This document shows, piece after piece, positions 27,140 through 35,853 of a stretch of 44,021 nucleotides of DNA; positions within the stretch are counted from its first letter, which is position 1; every line of letters begins with the position of its first letter. A model generated the notes under the pieces. It saw only the letters and a program-made list of their open reading frames with translations. It had not been told where the DNA came from and made no database searches. Both the position numbers and the translations under genes were made by a program. This DNA comes from a bacterium (GTDB lineage: Bacteria > SZUA-182 > DTGQ01 > JAFGSM01): the NCBI GenBank assembly GCA_049472355.1, contig JBLIRP010000022.1, positions 1 to 44,021 of the forward strand, in the 5' to 3' direction.

Positions 27140-29662
27140 TCATCTCAGAAGATACCCTATCAGGAGGGAATAGAGGATCATCAAGACGGCGTGACCAAGC
27201 CAAAAAAACCAACGGGGACGGGTCTCGGGATTGAATTTATCCTGAACGATTCGAAATATGGCGTAGCAGGAAAAGAGAATCCCAAGGCACAGGGTGATCG
27301 CCTGTAATACATGCAGCCCTGAAACCACCCGGACCAGATCCCTGCCCTTTACAAGAATCGCATATCCCATATCCTTGACCCCCGGGATATACCTCAACTG
27401 ATACGCGATATGGGCTGCGAGAGCAAGGGGCACATATCCGTAAGCGGTCTTCCAGAATCCTTCGGATACCGTCACTCCGCCGGGAAACGACATGAGGGAT
27501 ATGGCCATCATAAGACCGATCATGGCGGCAGGGACCAGCACAAAGCCCAGCGTGGTAAGCAGTAGTGAATCGAACGGCCTGATTACCGGCACCAATACCC
27601 CCATGAGCGCGCAAACAAGGATCGCCATTCCCGGCCTCACATGGTTCGATGACCATATCTCCCATCCGGGTGCCCTCAGATTCAAAGACACGGACTGGTG
27701 AGGGCACGTCCTGATACACTTCAAGCAGAGCTTGCAGGTCTGATTGTTGTCCACGAACATCAGGTGCTGGAACATGGGGCACCCTGATGTTTCCGCGGTG
27801 CCGTGATAGCACTCATCGGTGGTGCACTGGTGGGCGCAGATGTCCGGATTCGATCGCACCTCCACGATAGAGGTCATTGCAAATACCCCGATCAGGTTCC
27901 CCATGGGGCACACATACCTGCACCAGGTATCCCGGGGGAACAGGATGCTGAAGGAAATCTCCAGGCCCAGTATCGAGAGGAGGAGCATGCCGGTATACAG
28001 GGGGCGTGAACGCATCCCTGTTGCCTCTTCCACCCACACGATAAACAAAAACAATATGGTAGTGACCGCAAAGTCATAGTCCTTGAAAAATTTCGGGAAC
28101 TGTTTGTCAAGATGCACCCTTCGCTGGACGGCGTTCCCCATCGTTGCATACGCACAGAAGGAGCACCATGTCCTGCCGATCCAGAAGGCCGCCGCGCACA
28201 ACCATGGCCACCAGATCCACCATACCAGGATGGTCCCCCAGTTTCTCGACGGGTCCCGGGGCCCGAAGAAGCAGGAGGCCATGATAAAGAAGAAAAAGGC
28301 AACGGCGATCCACCGGAAAAGCCCCGGATAGATCCCCTTCCGGATCATGGTTTCAAACGCCTTGATCCTTCCCAGATTAAACCAGGTGTGTGCCCGTCCG
28401 GCAGGGGGACCGATGAAGAGCTGTTCGGAATGGATCGTATCGGCAGCGGCCAGCACCACCCCCCGTTCGATGATCTCCTCCAGTTCGTGGATATTTCCCC
28501 TGCGAAAGTCATACCCCAGGAGTTGTTCCCGTGCGCGGGGGCTGAGTTTTCCAACCTCCTTGTTGTATCTGCGCGAATGCCGCTCCATGAAGTGTACGGC
28601 AAGCTCCAGGATATCCTGCTTCCGTTCCCTGAGGGGAGGAAGATGGATAACCTTCCTGGAAAGCAGGTCATAGAGGGGGGCAAAGAATGTCCCCTCATTC
28701 ATCCGAAGGCGCAGATCGCTATGGGAGGTGAAGATCATCCTGACCGGGGATCGTCCAGGGGAATGCTTCCCGTGATTCGAATCCCCCGCGCAGCTTAGGG
28801 CGGAGTCCCCGTTCAGAAAACATGTCAATCGCTCCTGTGCAACGGGGGTAAGGGCGTCCACATTTTTTATAAGGAGCGTGCCGCCGCGGGCAAGGCCGAA
28901 AGGGCTGAAACGCGCCCCAGGCACCGGATCGGCCGATGGTGGTCCCTCCCGAAACTGCTCCCCCCATTCCTCGTCGGAGATCTCCGAGGCATCCAGGATG
29001 ATGAAAGGCCCGTTCCGTGCCGGTCCCCTGCAGTGAATGATCTCGGCCACAAGCTCCTTTCCCACTCCGAATTCACCTACCACAAGTACAGGGTGGGAAT
29101 CCGCAGCAAGCTCGGGAATGCGCTGCCAGATCACGTTCATCGGCGGGGTGCTTCCCACCAGAAAAGGGGCCTCCTCCTCGATCATCTTCATTATTCTCCG
29201 CAGGTACTCCTGTTTCCTCGTGATCTCGTATAATGCGGAGGCGATCGTGGCCATCCTTTCCGTGGTTTTCCTGAACAGTCGTTCACGAAGGGGGGCGGAA
29301 ACGGCAAGCGTGGTGAACAGGCCGGCGCCGGGCACAACAACGACATCGGAGTCCTCAATGGCCTGAAACCCCATTTGACTCGGCATTCCGGTCATACAGG
29401 AGAGATCGCCGAAATAATCCCCCGGCCGAACCGTCACCAGTGGCGTTGCACACTGCTGATTGCAGTAAATGCCCTCCACCGCACCTCTCACCAGAATGTA
29501 GAGTCCGGGGGCGGTGTCTCCCTGTCCAATGATCTCGCCACCGGCGGGAAACATCTCCATCCTGGCATCTCCTGCCATCTGCTCAAGGGTGTGCAGGGGA
29601 AGGTCGCGGAAGGGATCGATGGTCCCGAGGAAGGAGAGAATGTGATTGTAATCCGAATTCAT
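27140..29662 (-). CDS. Fusion of a cNMP-binding domain, a degenerate sigma54-activator-type AAA+ domain and a polytopic membrane 4Fe-4S (NapH/MauN-like) domain
   Basis: PGDYFGD (cNMP). GEFGVGKE, LPPLRERKQDI and GNIHELEEIIER (AAA+). WWIWWP, GRTWCSFC, WCRYVCPMG, GCPMF and CKLCLKCIRTCP with several TM helices. Confidence 0.88.
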   Translation of the reverse strand: MNSDYNHILSFLGTIDPFRDLPLHTLEQMAGDARMEMFPAGGEIIGQGDTAPGLYILVRGAVEGIYCNQQCATPLVTVRPGDYFGDLSCMTGMPSQMGFQAIEDSDVVVVPGAGLFTTLAVSAPLRERLFRKTTERMATIASALYEITRKQEYLRRIMKMIEEEAPFLVGSTPPMNVIWQRIPELAADSHPVLVVGEFGVGKELVAEIIHCRGPARNGPFIILDASEISDEEWGEQFREGPPSADPVPGARFSPFGLARGGTLLIKNVDALTPVAQERLTCFLNGDSALSCAGDSNHGKHSPGRSPVRMIFTSHSDLRLRMNEGTFFAPLYDLLSRKVIHLPPLRERKQDILELAVHFMERHSRRYNKEVGKLSPRAREQLLGYDFRRGNIHELEEIIERGVVLAAADTIHSEQLFIGPPAGRAHTWFNLGRIKAFETMIRKGIYPGLFRWIAVAFFFFIMASCFFGPRDPSRNWGTILVWWIWWPWLCAAAFWIGRTWCSFCAYATMGNAVQRRVHLDKQFPKFFKDYDFAVTTILFLFIVWVEEATGMRSRPLYTGMLLLSILGLEISFSILFPRDTWCRYVCPMGNLIGVFAMTSIVEVRSNPDICAHQCTTDECYHGTAETSGCPMFQHLMFVDNNQTCKLCLKCIRTCPHQSVSLNLRAPGWEIWSSNHVRPGMAILVCALMGVLVPVIRPFDSLLLTTLGFVLVPAAMIGLMMAISLMSFPGGVTVSEGFWKTAYGYVPLALAAHIAYQLRYIPGVKDMGYAILVKGRDLVRVVSGLHVLQAITLCLGILFSCYAIFRIVQDKFNPETRPRWFFWLGHAVLMILYSLLIGYLLR

Positions 29663-29695
29663 AGGGCATCACCACTATATCAGACTATCCCGTTA

Positions 29696-29724
29696 TTGAC
29701 AACATAATGCATTTCGTTTACAAT
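29696..29724 (+). promoter_or_regulatory. Sigma70 promoter of the DUF1573 selenoprotein gene
   Basis: TTGACA-17 nt-TACAAT, about 55 nt upstream of ATG 29780. Confidence 0.65.
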
Positions 29725-29779
29725 TTTCAATTAACATGGTTAATAGTTTTCTTTATAATTGAGAATGTTAGGAGATGAA

Positions 29780-30667
29780 ATGAAAGGCCGTTTTTTGCAA
29801 TCCCTCATTGTATTCGGGGTCTTCCTCTGCCTTTTTTTCTGGGCCAACGAAGGCATTTGGGCCGCACCGCAGATACGGTTTGATCACACCACCTTCGATT
29901 TCGGCAAGGTGATTCAGGGCCAAAAGGTCACCCATGTCTTCGAATTCCAAAACATCGGCGATGAGACCCTGAGCATCAAAAATGTGAGGGCCGGGTGAGG
30001 CTGCACCGCAGTCAATCTCTCGGAGAGAGATTTGGCCCCCAAGGCGACGGGACAGATCAAGGCCACCCTGCATACGACCGGCAGGAAGGGGACGTTAAAA
30101 AAGACCATCTCCGTGGAAACAGCGGATCCCAATCAGCCCGTGATAAGGCTTTCACTGGTGGCCACGGTGGATGTCGAGCTCGACCCCCAACCAATGACCG
30201 TCTATTTTAAGGATATGCAACGAGGAGAGCAAAAAAACCAAAAGGTATCGGTCAGGAATACCGCTTCGCATCCACTTCGGATAACCGCGATAAATACCTA
30301 TGATACGCTGATCAAGGTCGATCTTGTGAACCGTTCGTTGCACCTGCCAGTGGAGTTACAACCGGATGAAGCCCTGGAACTGCTGGTCAACCTTCACTAT
30401 CAATCAAGAGGTTCCAGGTTCTCAAAACAGGTCGAGATAAATTACGCAGGGGGGAAGGCAGACGCCGCCTTTTTGAGGGTCTACGCAACATTGAAGCCCG
30501 AACCGAAGACACCGCCTCAACAAGATGCACCGTCGGATGCCCCCCCTTCATCGGGGAGGGTCATTCAAGACGCACCCTCGCAATCCCCTGATCAGGGCCA
30601 AATACAGCAGAAAGGGCCCGAATCGCATGAAGATGCACCAGCACGGCCCGCGCTCCCGCAGGAGTGA
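29780..30667 (+). CDS. Secreted DUF1573 / Ig-like domain selenoprotein (Sec at TGA 29996-29998), 295 aa
   Basis: ORFs 29759..29998 and 30032..30667 are in one frame separated only by TGA. Read-through gives FDFGKV..GQKVTHVFEFQNIGDETLSIKNVRAG-U-GCTAVNLSERDLAPKATGQIKATL, matching the DUF1573 pattern (F.F.N.G...L.I..V..SCGCT......PG..G.I). A SECIS-like hairpin follows. Confidence 0.85.
30011..30036 (+). promoter_or_regulatory. Bacterial SECIS-like hairpin
   Basis: GUC-AAUCUCUC-[GGA]-GAGAGAUU-(U bulge)-GGC. The G-led apical loop lies 23 nt after the UGA. Confidence 0.75.
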
Positions 30668-30857
30668 TGCTGTACGTTTCAGTCGAACAAAGGACAGTCG
30701 GCGCAGTACATCCTAATATCGTTTAAGGGCTTATACCCTGTGCACGGTTGAAAAGCGGAAGGCACATCTGGATGAAGATGCTTCCGGAGAATGCCCCTGC
30801 TATTCCAACATAATTGCCCTGACAGCTCGCAATGCAGGCAGAAAGGAGGCATTGTCG

Positions 30858-32342
30858 ATGGGAGGAGAAAGGTTGAAGATCCTGTATGTGTCGTCAGAAG
30901 TGGCTCCTCTTTCCAAGACCGGTGGCTTGGCCGATGTTTCAGGTTCTCTCCCCAAAGCTATAAAGGCACTCGGACATGATGTAAGGGTGGTGACACCCTA
31001 CTATAAAATGGTGAAGAAGCATGTGAAATCCACCCAAAAGGTCCTGAATCGACTGGACGTCCCCGTTTCCGACAAAGAGGTGAGAGGCTCCGTGGAGATG
31101 ACCCAGATAGACGGCGGGGTGCCCGTCTACCTCATCAAAAAGGAGTCCTACTTCGGCCGGGATGATCTCTATACCACAAAACAGGGTGATTACAAGGATA
31201 ACGCAGAACGCTTTGTATTCTTCTCCCGGGGAGTCCTCGAAATGCTCAGGCACATCGACTTCAAACCGGACATCATCCACTGTAACGACTGGCAAGCAGG
31301 ATTGATCCCCACCTACCTGAAGACCCTCTATCGAAAAAAGGATCTCTACAAGGATATATGCTCCATTTTTACCATACACAACCTTGGCTACCAGGGGATC
31401 TTCTGGTCACTGGATATGCATCTCACCAATCTTCCCTGGGATATCTTCACCATCAACGGGGTTGAATATTACGGCAATATAAGCTTCCTCAAGGCGGGCA
31501 TGGTCTATGCGGACATCCTTACCACCGTGAGCAAGGGATACAGCAAGGAGATCCAGACCCCAGAGTACGGCTTGGGCATGGACGGCATTCTGCGCACCAG
31601 GCAGAAGGACCTGTACGGCATACTGAACGGTGCGGATTACGACCACTGGAGCCCCGACAAGGACCCTTACATCGTGGCGCCCTACGACAAGAGCAACCTG
31701 GAGAACAAGACCAAGTGCAAACTCGACCTTCTTCAGGAATTCGGCCTCAAGTGCAGGGCAACCACACCGATCATCGGCATGATCTCCCGACTGGCGGACC
31801 AGAAGGGATTCGATATCCTCGCCGAGTCCATTGATGAACTCATGAAAATGGATATCATCTTCATCCTTCTCGGCACCGGGGATCAAAAATACGAGGAGAT
31901 GTTCACCCATATCGGCGACAAGTACCCCAAAAAAACCGGGATCAGAATCGGCTTCGATAATGCACTCGCCCACAAGATTGAAGCGGGGAGCGACATCTAT
32001 CTCATGCCCTCCAAATACGAACCCTGCGGTCTCAACCAGATCTATAGCCTTCGCTATGGAACCATCCCCGTGGTGCGGGCCACCGGAGGGCTCGACGACA
32101 CCATCATCGATATCCACGCGGACCCCCGGAAGGGGAACGGGTTCAAGTTCACCGACTACACCAGCAAGGGACTCTTGGCCACCATCAAGCGGGCCTGCGA
32201 CTACTATTCCCACAAGGAGGCCTGGGCCCAATTGGTGTGGAGGGCGATGTCCCTGGAGTATTCGTGGGAAAAATCGGCAAGGGAATACCTGAAGCTCTAT
32301 CAGGATACCTTGAAGAAAAAGGCGATGGCGCCGGTCGGATAA
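30858..32342 (+). CDS. glgA: Glycogen synthase
   Basis: SEVAP.SKTGGLADV, HCNDWQ, TIHNLGYQG, GILNG.D, SRLADQKG, EPCGLNQ and RATGGL.D. Confidence 0.97.
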   Translation: MGGERLKILYVSSEVAPLSKTGGLADVSGSLPKAIKALGHDVRVVTPYYKMVKKHVKSTQKVLNRLDVPVSDKEVRGSVEMTQIDGGVPVYLIKKESYFGRDDLYTTKQGDYKDNAERFVFFSRGVLEMLRHIDFKPDIIHCNDWQAGLIPTYLKTLYRKKDLYKDICSIFTIHNLGYQGIFWSLDMHLTNLPWDIFTINGVEYYGNISFLKAGMVYADILTTVSKGYSKEIQTPEYGLGMDGILRTRQKDLYGILNGADYDHWSPDKDPYIVAPYDKSNLENKTKCKLDLLQEFGLKCRATTPIIGMISRLADQKGFDILAESIDELMKMDIIFILLGTGDQKYEEMFTHIGDKYPKKTGIRIGFDNALAHKIEAGSDIYLMPSKYEPCGLNQIYSLRYGTIPVVRATGGLDDTIIDIHADPRKGNGFKFTDYTSKGLLATIKRACDYYSHKEAWAQLVWRAMSLEYSWEKSAREYLKLYQDTLKKKAMAPVG

Positions 32343-32376
32343 GGAGAAGGCGCAAAGGGCGCGGGCGTGTGACAAC

Positions 32377-33537
32377 CTATTGCCCGATCTTCGGGGGTTC
32401 CTTTATCGGGATCAGGAAGTGAAAGGCGGTACCCTGGTCCTTTTTTGAATCAAACCAGAATTTCCCTTGGTGGTTATTCTCTATTATCTGCTTACACGAG
32501 AGCAATCCGAGTCCATTGCCATCCTTTTTGGTGGTAATGGGGTACTTGAAGAGAAAGGGCCTGATGCTCTCCGGAATACCGCATCCCTCGTCAATGATGC
32601 TCACGATGATGCTCCCCTGATACCTCTTCACGATGATATCGATCGTTCCCTGCTCCCTGGTTACGTACCCCGCATTGATGAGGAGATTCTGAAGAACCCT
32701 CTTGATGTCAAGGGCGTTGAAGAGGGCGGCAGGTATTCTCCCCGACGACTTCACCGTAACCCTTTTCCCCCTGAGACTATCGTGGTGCTGGAGTTCCTGA
32801 ATCGTCTCCCGGATCAGGGGAAGAATCCTCTCCTGGTTCTTATGGTACACGGAATCGCCGCGTTTCGCCTGCTGTAAACTCTTGGCTATGAGATCCTTGA
32901 GGCCGTCTCTGCAGCCGATGAAGAGTTTGCAGGCCTTTTCGATCTTCTCCCATGATTTCTGCCGGCGGGGGTCCCCGGACTCCTCCATCACGTCCTGCAG
33001 GTAAATCAGTCCCAGGTCCAGGAGCGCAAGAAAGTTATTCATATCGTGGACAAATATGTTCAACTTCTGCATATCATTGGAGATGAGATCGAGGTCGCTC
33101 CTGATTCTCGAGGACAATGTCTTTACCATCTCGACCAATGCCTTTGATTCGGAAGCGAGATACTTGTTGAAATGGCATTCGTCGATTTCCATGAGAAGTG
33201 ACTGGGTGAGTGCCTTGATGGTCGCCGAACGCGGCTTCGATTCGATCAGCGACATCTCCCCCAGAAACGCACCGGGGCCAAGTACGGCGATGTTTCTTAT
33301 CCCCTTATATACCAACAATTCCCCGGAAAGGATCAGGTACATCGCATTATCCATCGATCCTTCCTGAATGAGTATCTCTTCAGGATCGAGAAAGCGCTCT
33401 GCGCAATTTTCGCACAATTCTCTCAGGGTCGATTCTTCAAAAAAACTGAATAAACCCACCTTTTTGAGCATCCGGATCTTTTTTGCGTTATCAATAGCGG
33501 GCAAATAATCCTGTTTGCCTTGTTGCATGTCCGACAC
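32377..33537 (-). CDS. Cytoplasmic cNMP-binding-domain sensor histidine kinase
   Basis: LGPGAFLGEMSLI...RSATI (cNMP), H-box FVHDMNN, N-box QNLLINA, DEGCGI and GNGLGL. Confidence 0.9.
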   Translation of the reverse strand: MSDMQQGKQDYLPAIDNAKKIRMLKKVGLFSFFEESTLRELCENCAERFLDPEEILIQEGSMDNAMYLILSGELLVYKGIRNIAVLGPGAFLGEMSLIESKPRSATIKALTQSLLMEIDECHFNKYLASESKALVEMVKTLSSRIRSDLDLISNDMQKLNIFVHDMNNFLALLDLGLIYLQDVMEESGDPRRQKSWEKIEKACKLFIGCRDGLKDLIAKSLQQAKRGDSVYHKNQERILPLIRETIQELQHHDSLRGKRVTVKSSGRIPAALFNALDIKRVLQNLLINAGYVTREQGTIDIIVKRYQGSIIVSIIDEGCGIPESIRPFLFKYPITTKKDGNGLGLLSCKQIIENNHQGKFWFDSKKDQGTAFHFLIPIKEPPKIGQ

Positions 33538-33832
33538 CGCTCCCGGATTGATAGATTATTAAACAATAAATACAATTAGTTGCTGGGTATGTCCTGGGCG
33601 CTGACCGAGACGGCCGGCCGTTGCTGCTCCCGGTCAACGCACCCATTCCCATAATCCCGGTACGTATCACCATCCTGAAGACACAGCAAAACGCTATTTA
33701 AGATACAAGTTACATGCCACTTCATAGAAACAACGATTACGCAGTGAAGGCTGGCTGGAATCAGGGCATATGGGTAACGGTCAGGGATGCCGGAGCGGTT
33801 ATCGGAACCTTATAGACCACCGTATGCCCGGT

Positions 33833-34537
33833 TCATTCGGAAGGCTTATCTCCCCAATGAATGGCTGCGATGCCATAGGTGAGAAGTTGATAGCGCACCC
33901 GTATGAACCCGGCCTCCTCCATCATGGCGGCGAGATCATCCTTCCGGGGGAAGGCCAACACGGAATCCCTGAGATGATTGAAGGGCATAAGCCTTCCGGA
34001 GAACAAATTCCCCAGCGGGGTGAGGATATGGCAGAAGTAGCAATAATAGAGCTGACGGAACAAGGGGGATACCGGATCGGAGAACTCGAGGACCACCAGC
34101 CTCCCCCCCGGCTTGAGCACCCTCCAAAGCTCCCTCAGGCCGGCCTCGCGATCGGTGAGATTACGCAGGCCGAATCCAATCATTGCCCCCTGGAAGCATT
34201 CTCCTTTCAAGGGGATATGCTCACCGTCACCCGCAAGGATCGCTATCCGTTCCCTCAAGGGGCGCCCTGCCCCCAATTTCCTTCTCCCCTGCAGGAGCAT
34301 GTCCGGGCAGAAATCCACCGCAGCGACCCACCCCTTTCGTGCCTCCTGCCCCAGGAGGGCAAGACTGAGTTCGAGGGTGCCCGCACATAGGTCCAGGAAC
34401 GGACCCTGGCCGGGCATCCTGGCAGCCGCCATCTCCCGCCAGAACCGGTCCACCCCGAGGCTGAACAGGGTATCGAAGAGGTCATAGTTGGGGGAGAGCC
34501 CGGAAAAAAGCCGTTGAATCTGACCCTTTTTTTCCAT
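33833..34537 (-). CDS. ubiE: UbiE/MenG family quinone biosynthesis C-methyltransferase
   Basis: YD.F..LFSLGVD..WR, LDLCAGT, DF...ML, GFGLRN and RVLKPGG.LVVLEFS. Start trimmed to MEKKGQ. Confidence 0.9.
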   Translation of the reverse strand: MEKKGQIQRLFSGLSPNYDLFDTLFSLGVDRFWREMAAARMPGQGPFLDLCAGTLELSLALLGQEARKGWVAAVDFCPDMLLQGRRKLGAGRPLRERIAILAGDGEHIPLKGECFQGAMIGFGLRNLTDREAGLRELWRVLKPGGRLVVLEFSDPVSPLFRQLYYCYFCHILTPLGNLFSGRLMPFNHLRDSVLAFPRKDDLAAMMEEAGFIRVRYQLLTYGIAAIHWGDKPSE

Positions 34538-34568
34538 CCGTCCATCGGATTCATGTGAGGGGGGATTC

Positions 34569-35348
34569 TTAGCCATCGGACATGTAAATCCCGTATGCAT
34601 CCTCCACAGAGGCATTCTCGTGGACGATCGCCCTCACCGCCTTGATCATTCCCACGGGCCTTTCCGATTGAAAGATATTCCTTCCCATGTCAACGCCCAC
34701 CGCACCCTCCTGGATGGCTCGATACGCAAGGGTAAGTGCATCCCGTTCCTCGATCTTTTTCCCTCCGGCTATGACGACAGGCACTGGGCAGGTCGACACC
34801 ACCTTGTCGAAGTCCTTGCAAAAATAGGTCTTTACTATACCGGCTCCCAGTTCTGCAGCGATCCTGCAGCAGAGTCTCAAATAGCGGGCGTCCCGTTCCA
34901 TCTCCTTCCCTACGGCGGTAACCGCGAGAACGGGGATACCATACTCCTGACACTCGTCGACAAGGCGCGCGAGGCCCATGAGGGTTTGGTGCTCGTACGC
35001 TGAACCCACGTAAATGGAAAATGCACAGGCGGCGACATTCAGCCTGATCGCATCCCTCACCGAGACCGTCTGCCCCTCGTTGGAGAGATCCTTATCGATG
35101 ATACTATTCCCTCCCGATACCCTCAAGACAATGGGAACCGAGACATCGGGATCGATGGCGTTCCTCAATACGCCCCTGGTAAGCATGAGTGAATCCGCAC
35201 AGGGTACAAGGGGCATGATAGCCCCCCTGGGGTCTTCCAGACCCGAGGTAGGCCCCTGGAAATATCCATGGTCCACGGCAAGCATCACCGTGCGCCCGGT
35301 ATCGGGCTTCATAATACGGCTGAGACGATTTCTCATACCCCAATCCAT
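34569..35348 (-). CDS. lsrF: LsrF-type thiolase / class I aldolase
   Basis: MDWGM.NRL, AVDHGYFQGPT, LTRG, VLAVTAVG, AELGA..VKTY, IAGGKK and GVDMGRNIFQ. Confidence 0.9.
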   Translation of the reverse strand: MDWGMRNRLSRIMKPDTGRTVMLAVDHGYFQGPTSGLEDPRGAIMPLVPCADSLMLTRGVLRNAIDPDVSVPIVLRVSGGNSIIDKDLSNEGQTVSVRDAIRLNVAACAFSIYVGSAYEHQTLMGLARLVDECQEYGIPVLAVTAVGKEMERDARYLRLCCRIAAELGAGIVKTYFCKDFDKVVSTCPVPVVIAGGKKIEERDALTLAYRAIQEGAVGVDMGRNIFQSERPVGMIKAVRAIVHENASVEDAYGIYMSDG

Positions 35349-35397
35349 GTGATCGGCCTCCTTTCACACCACGTAATACCTAATACGCCTTCCCTTT

Positions 35398-35651
35398 GCT
35401 CCGCCCCGGCAAGCTTGGTTGGCGAAGTTGGGGGCCTTTGGGTAACCGGGTGCGGTTCATAGTGGCTCCGCTTCGCTCCGCCCTGGCAAGCTTGGTTGGC
35501 GAAGTCGGGGGCCCTTGGGTAACCGGGTGCGGTTCATAGTGGCTCCGCTTCGCTCCGCCCTGGCAAGCTTGGATGACGAAGTCGGGGGCCTTTGGGTAAC
35601 CGGGTGCGGTTCATAGTGGCTCCGCTTCGCTCCGCCCTGGCAAGCTTGGTT
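35398..35651. repeat. 77-bp tandem repeat x3.3 (family A, REP/BIME-like)
   Basis: AAGCTT anchors at 35411, 35488, 35565 and 35642. Units differ by only a few substitutions and there are no unique spacers. Confidence 0.95.
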
Positions 35652-35853
35652 AAAGGGTTTACTCTACCCGAAATGATCCCCGTTTTCAAATGGACACATG
35701 GATCTTCGCAATTTTCCTTTTCGACCCTTGGCCCGGGATCGTGGACGGACATTCCGCCTATGATGACAAAAGGCTGCAATCAGCATTGCCGCAGGGATAC
35801 AACGGAACAGCCCAAGGCATATCCCGAAAAATCCGATTAGACTGATAGAGGCA

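Noticed and set aside
29759..30667. Two separate genes or a nonsense pseudogene
   Set aside because: The TGA sits at a conserved Cys column with a well-placed SECIS-like hairpin and an otherwise intact frame, so Sec read-through explains it better.
35398..35651. CRISPR array
   Set aside because: Whole 77-bp units are near-identical with no unique spacers, and there are no cas genes nearby.
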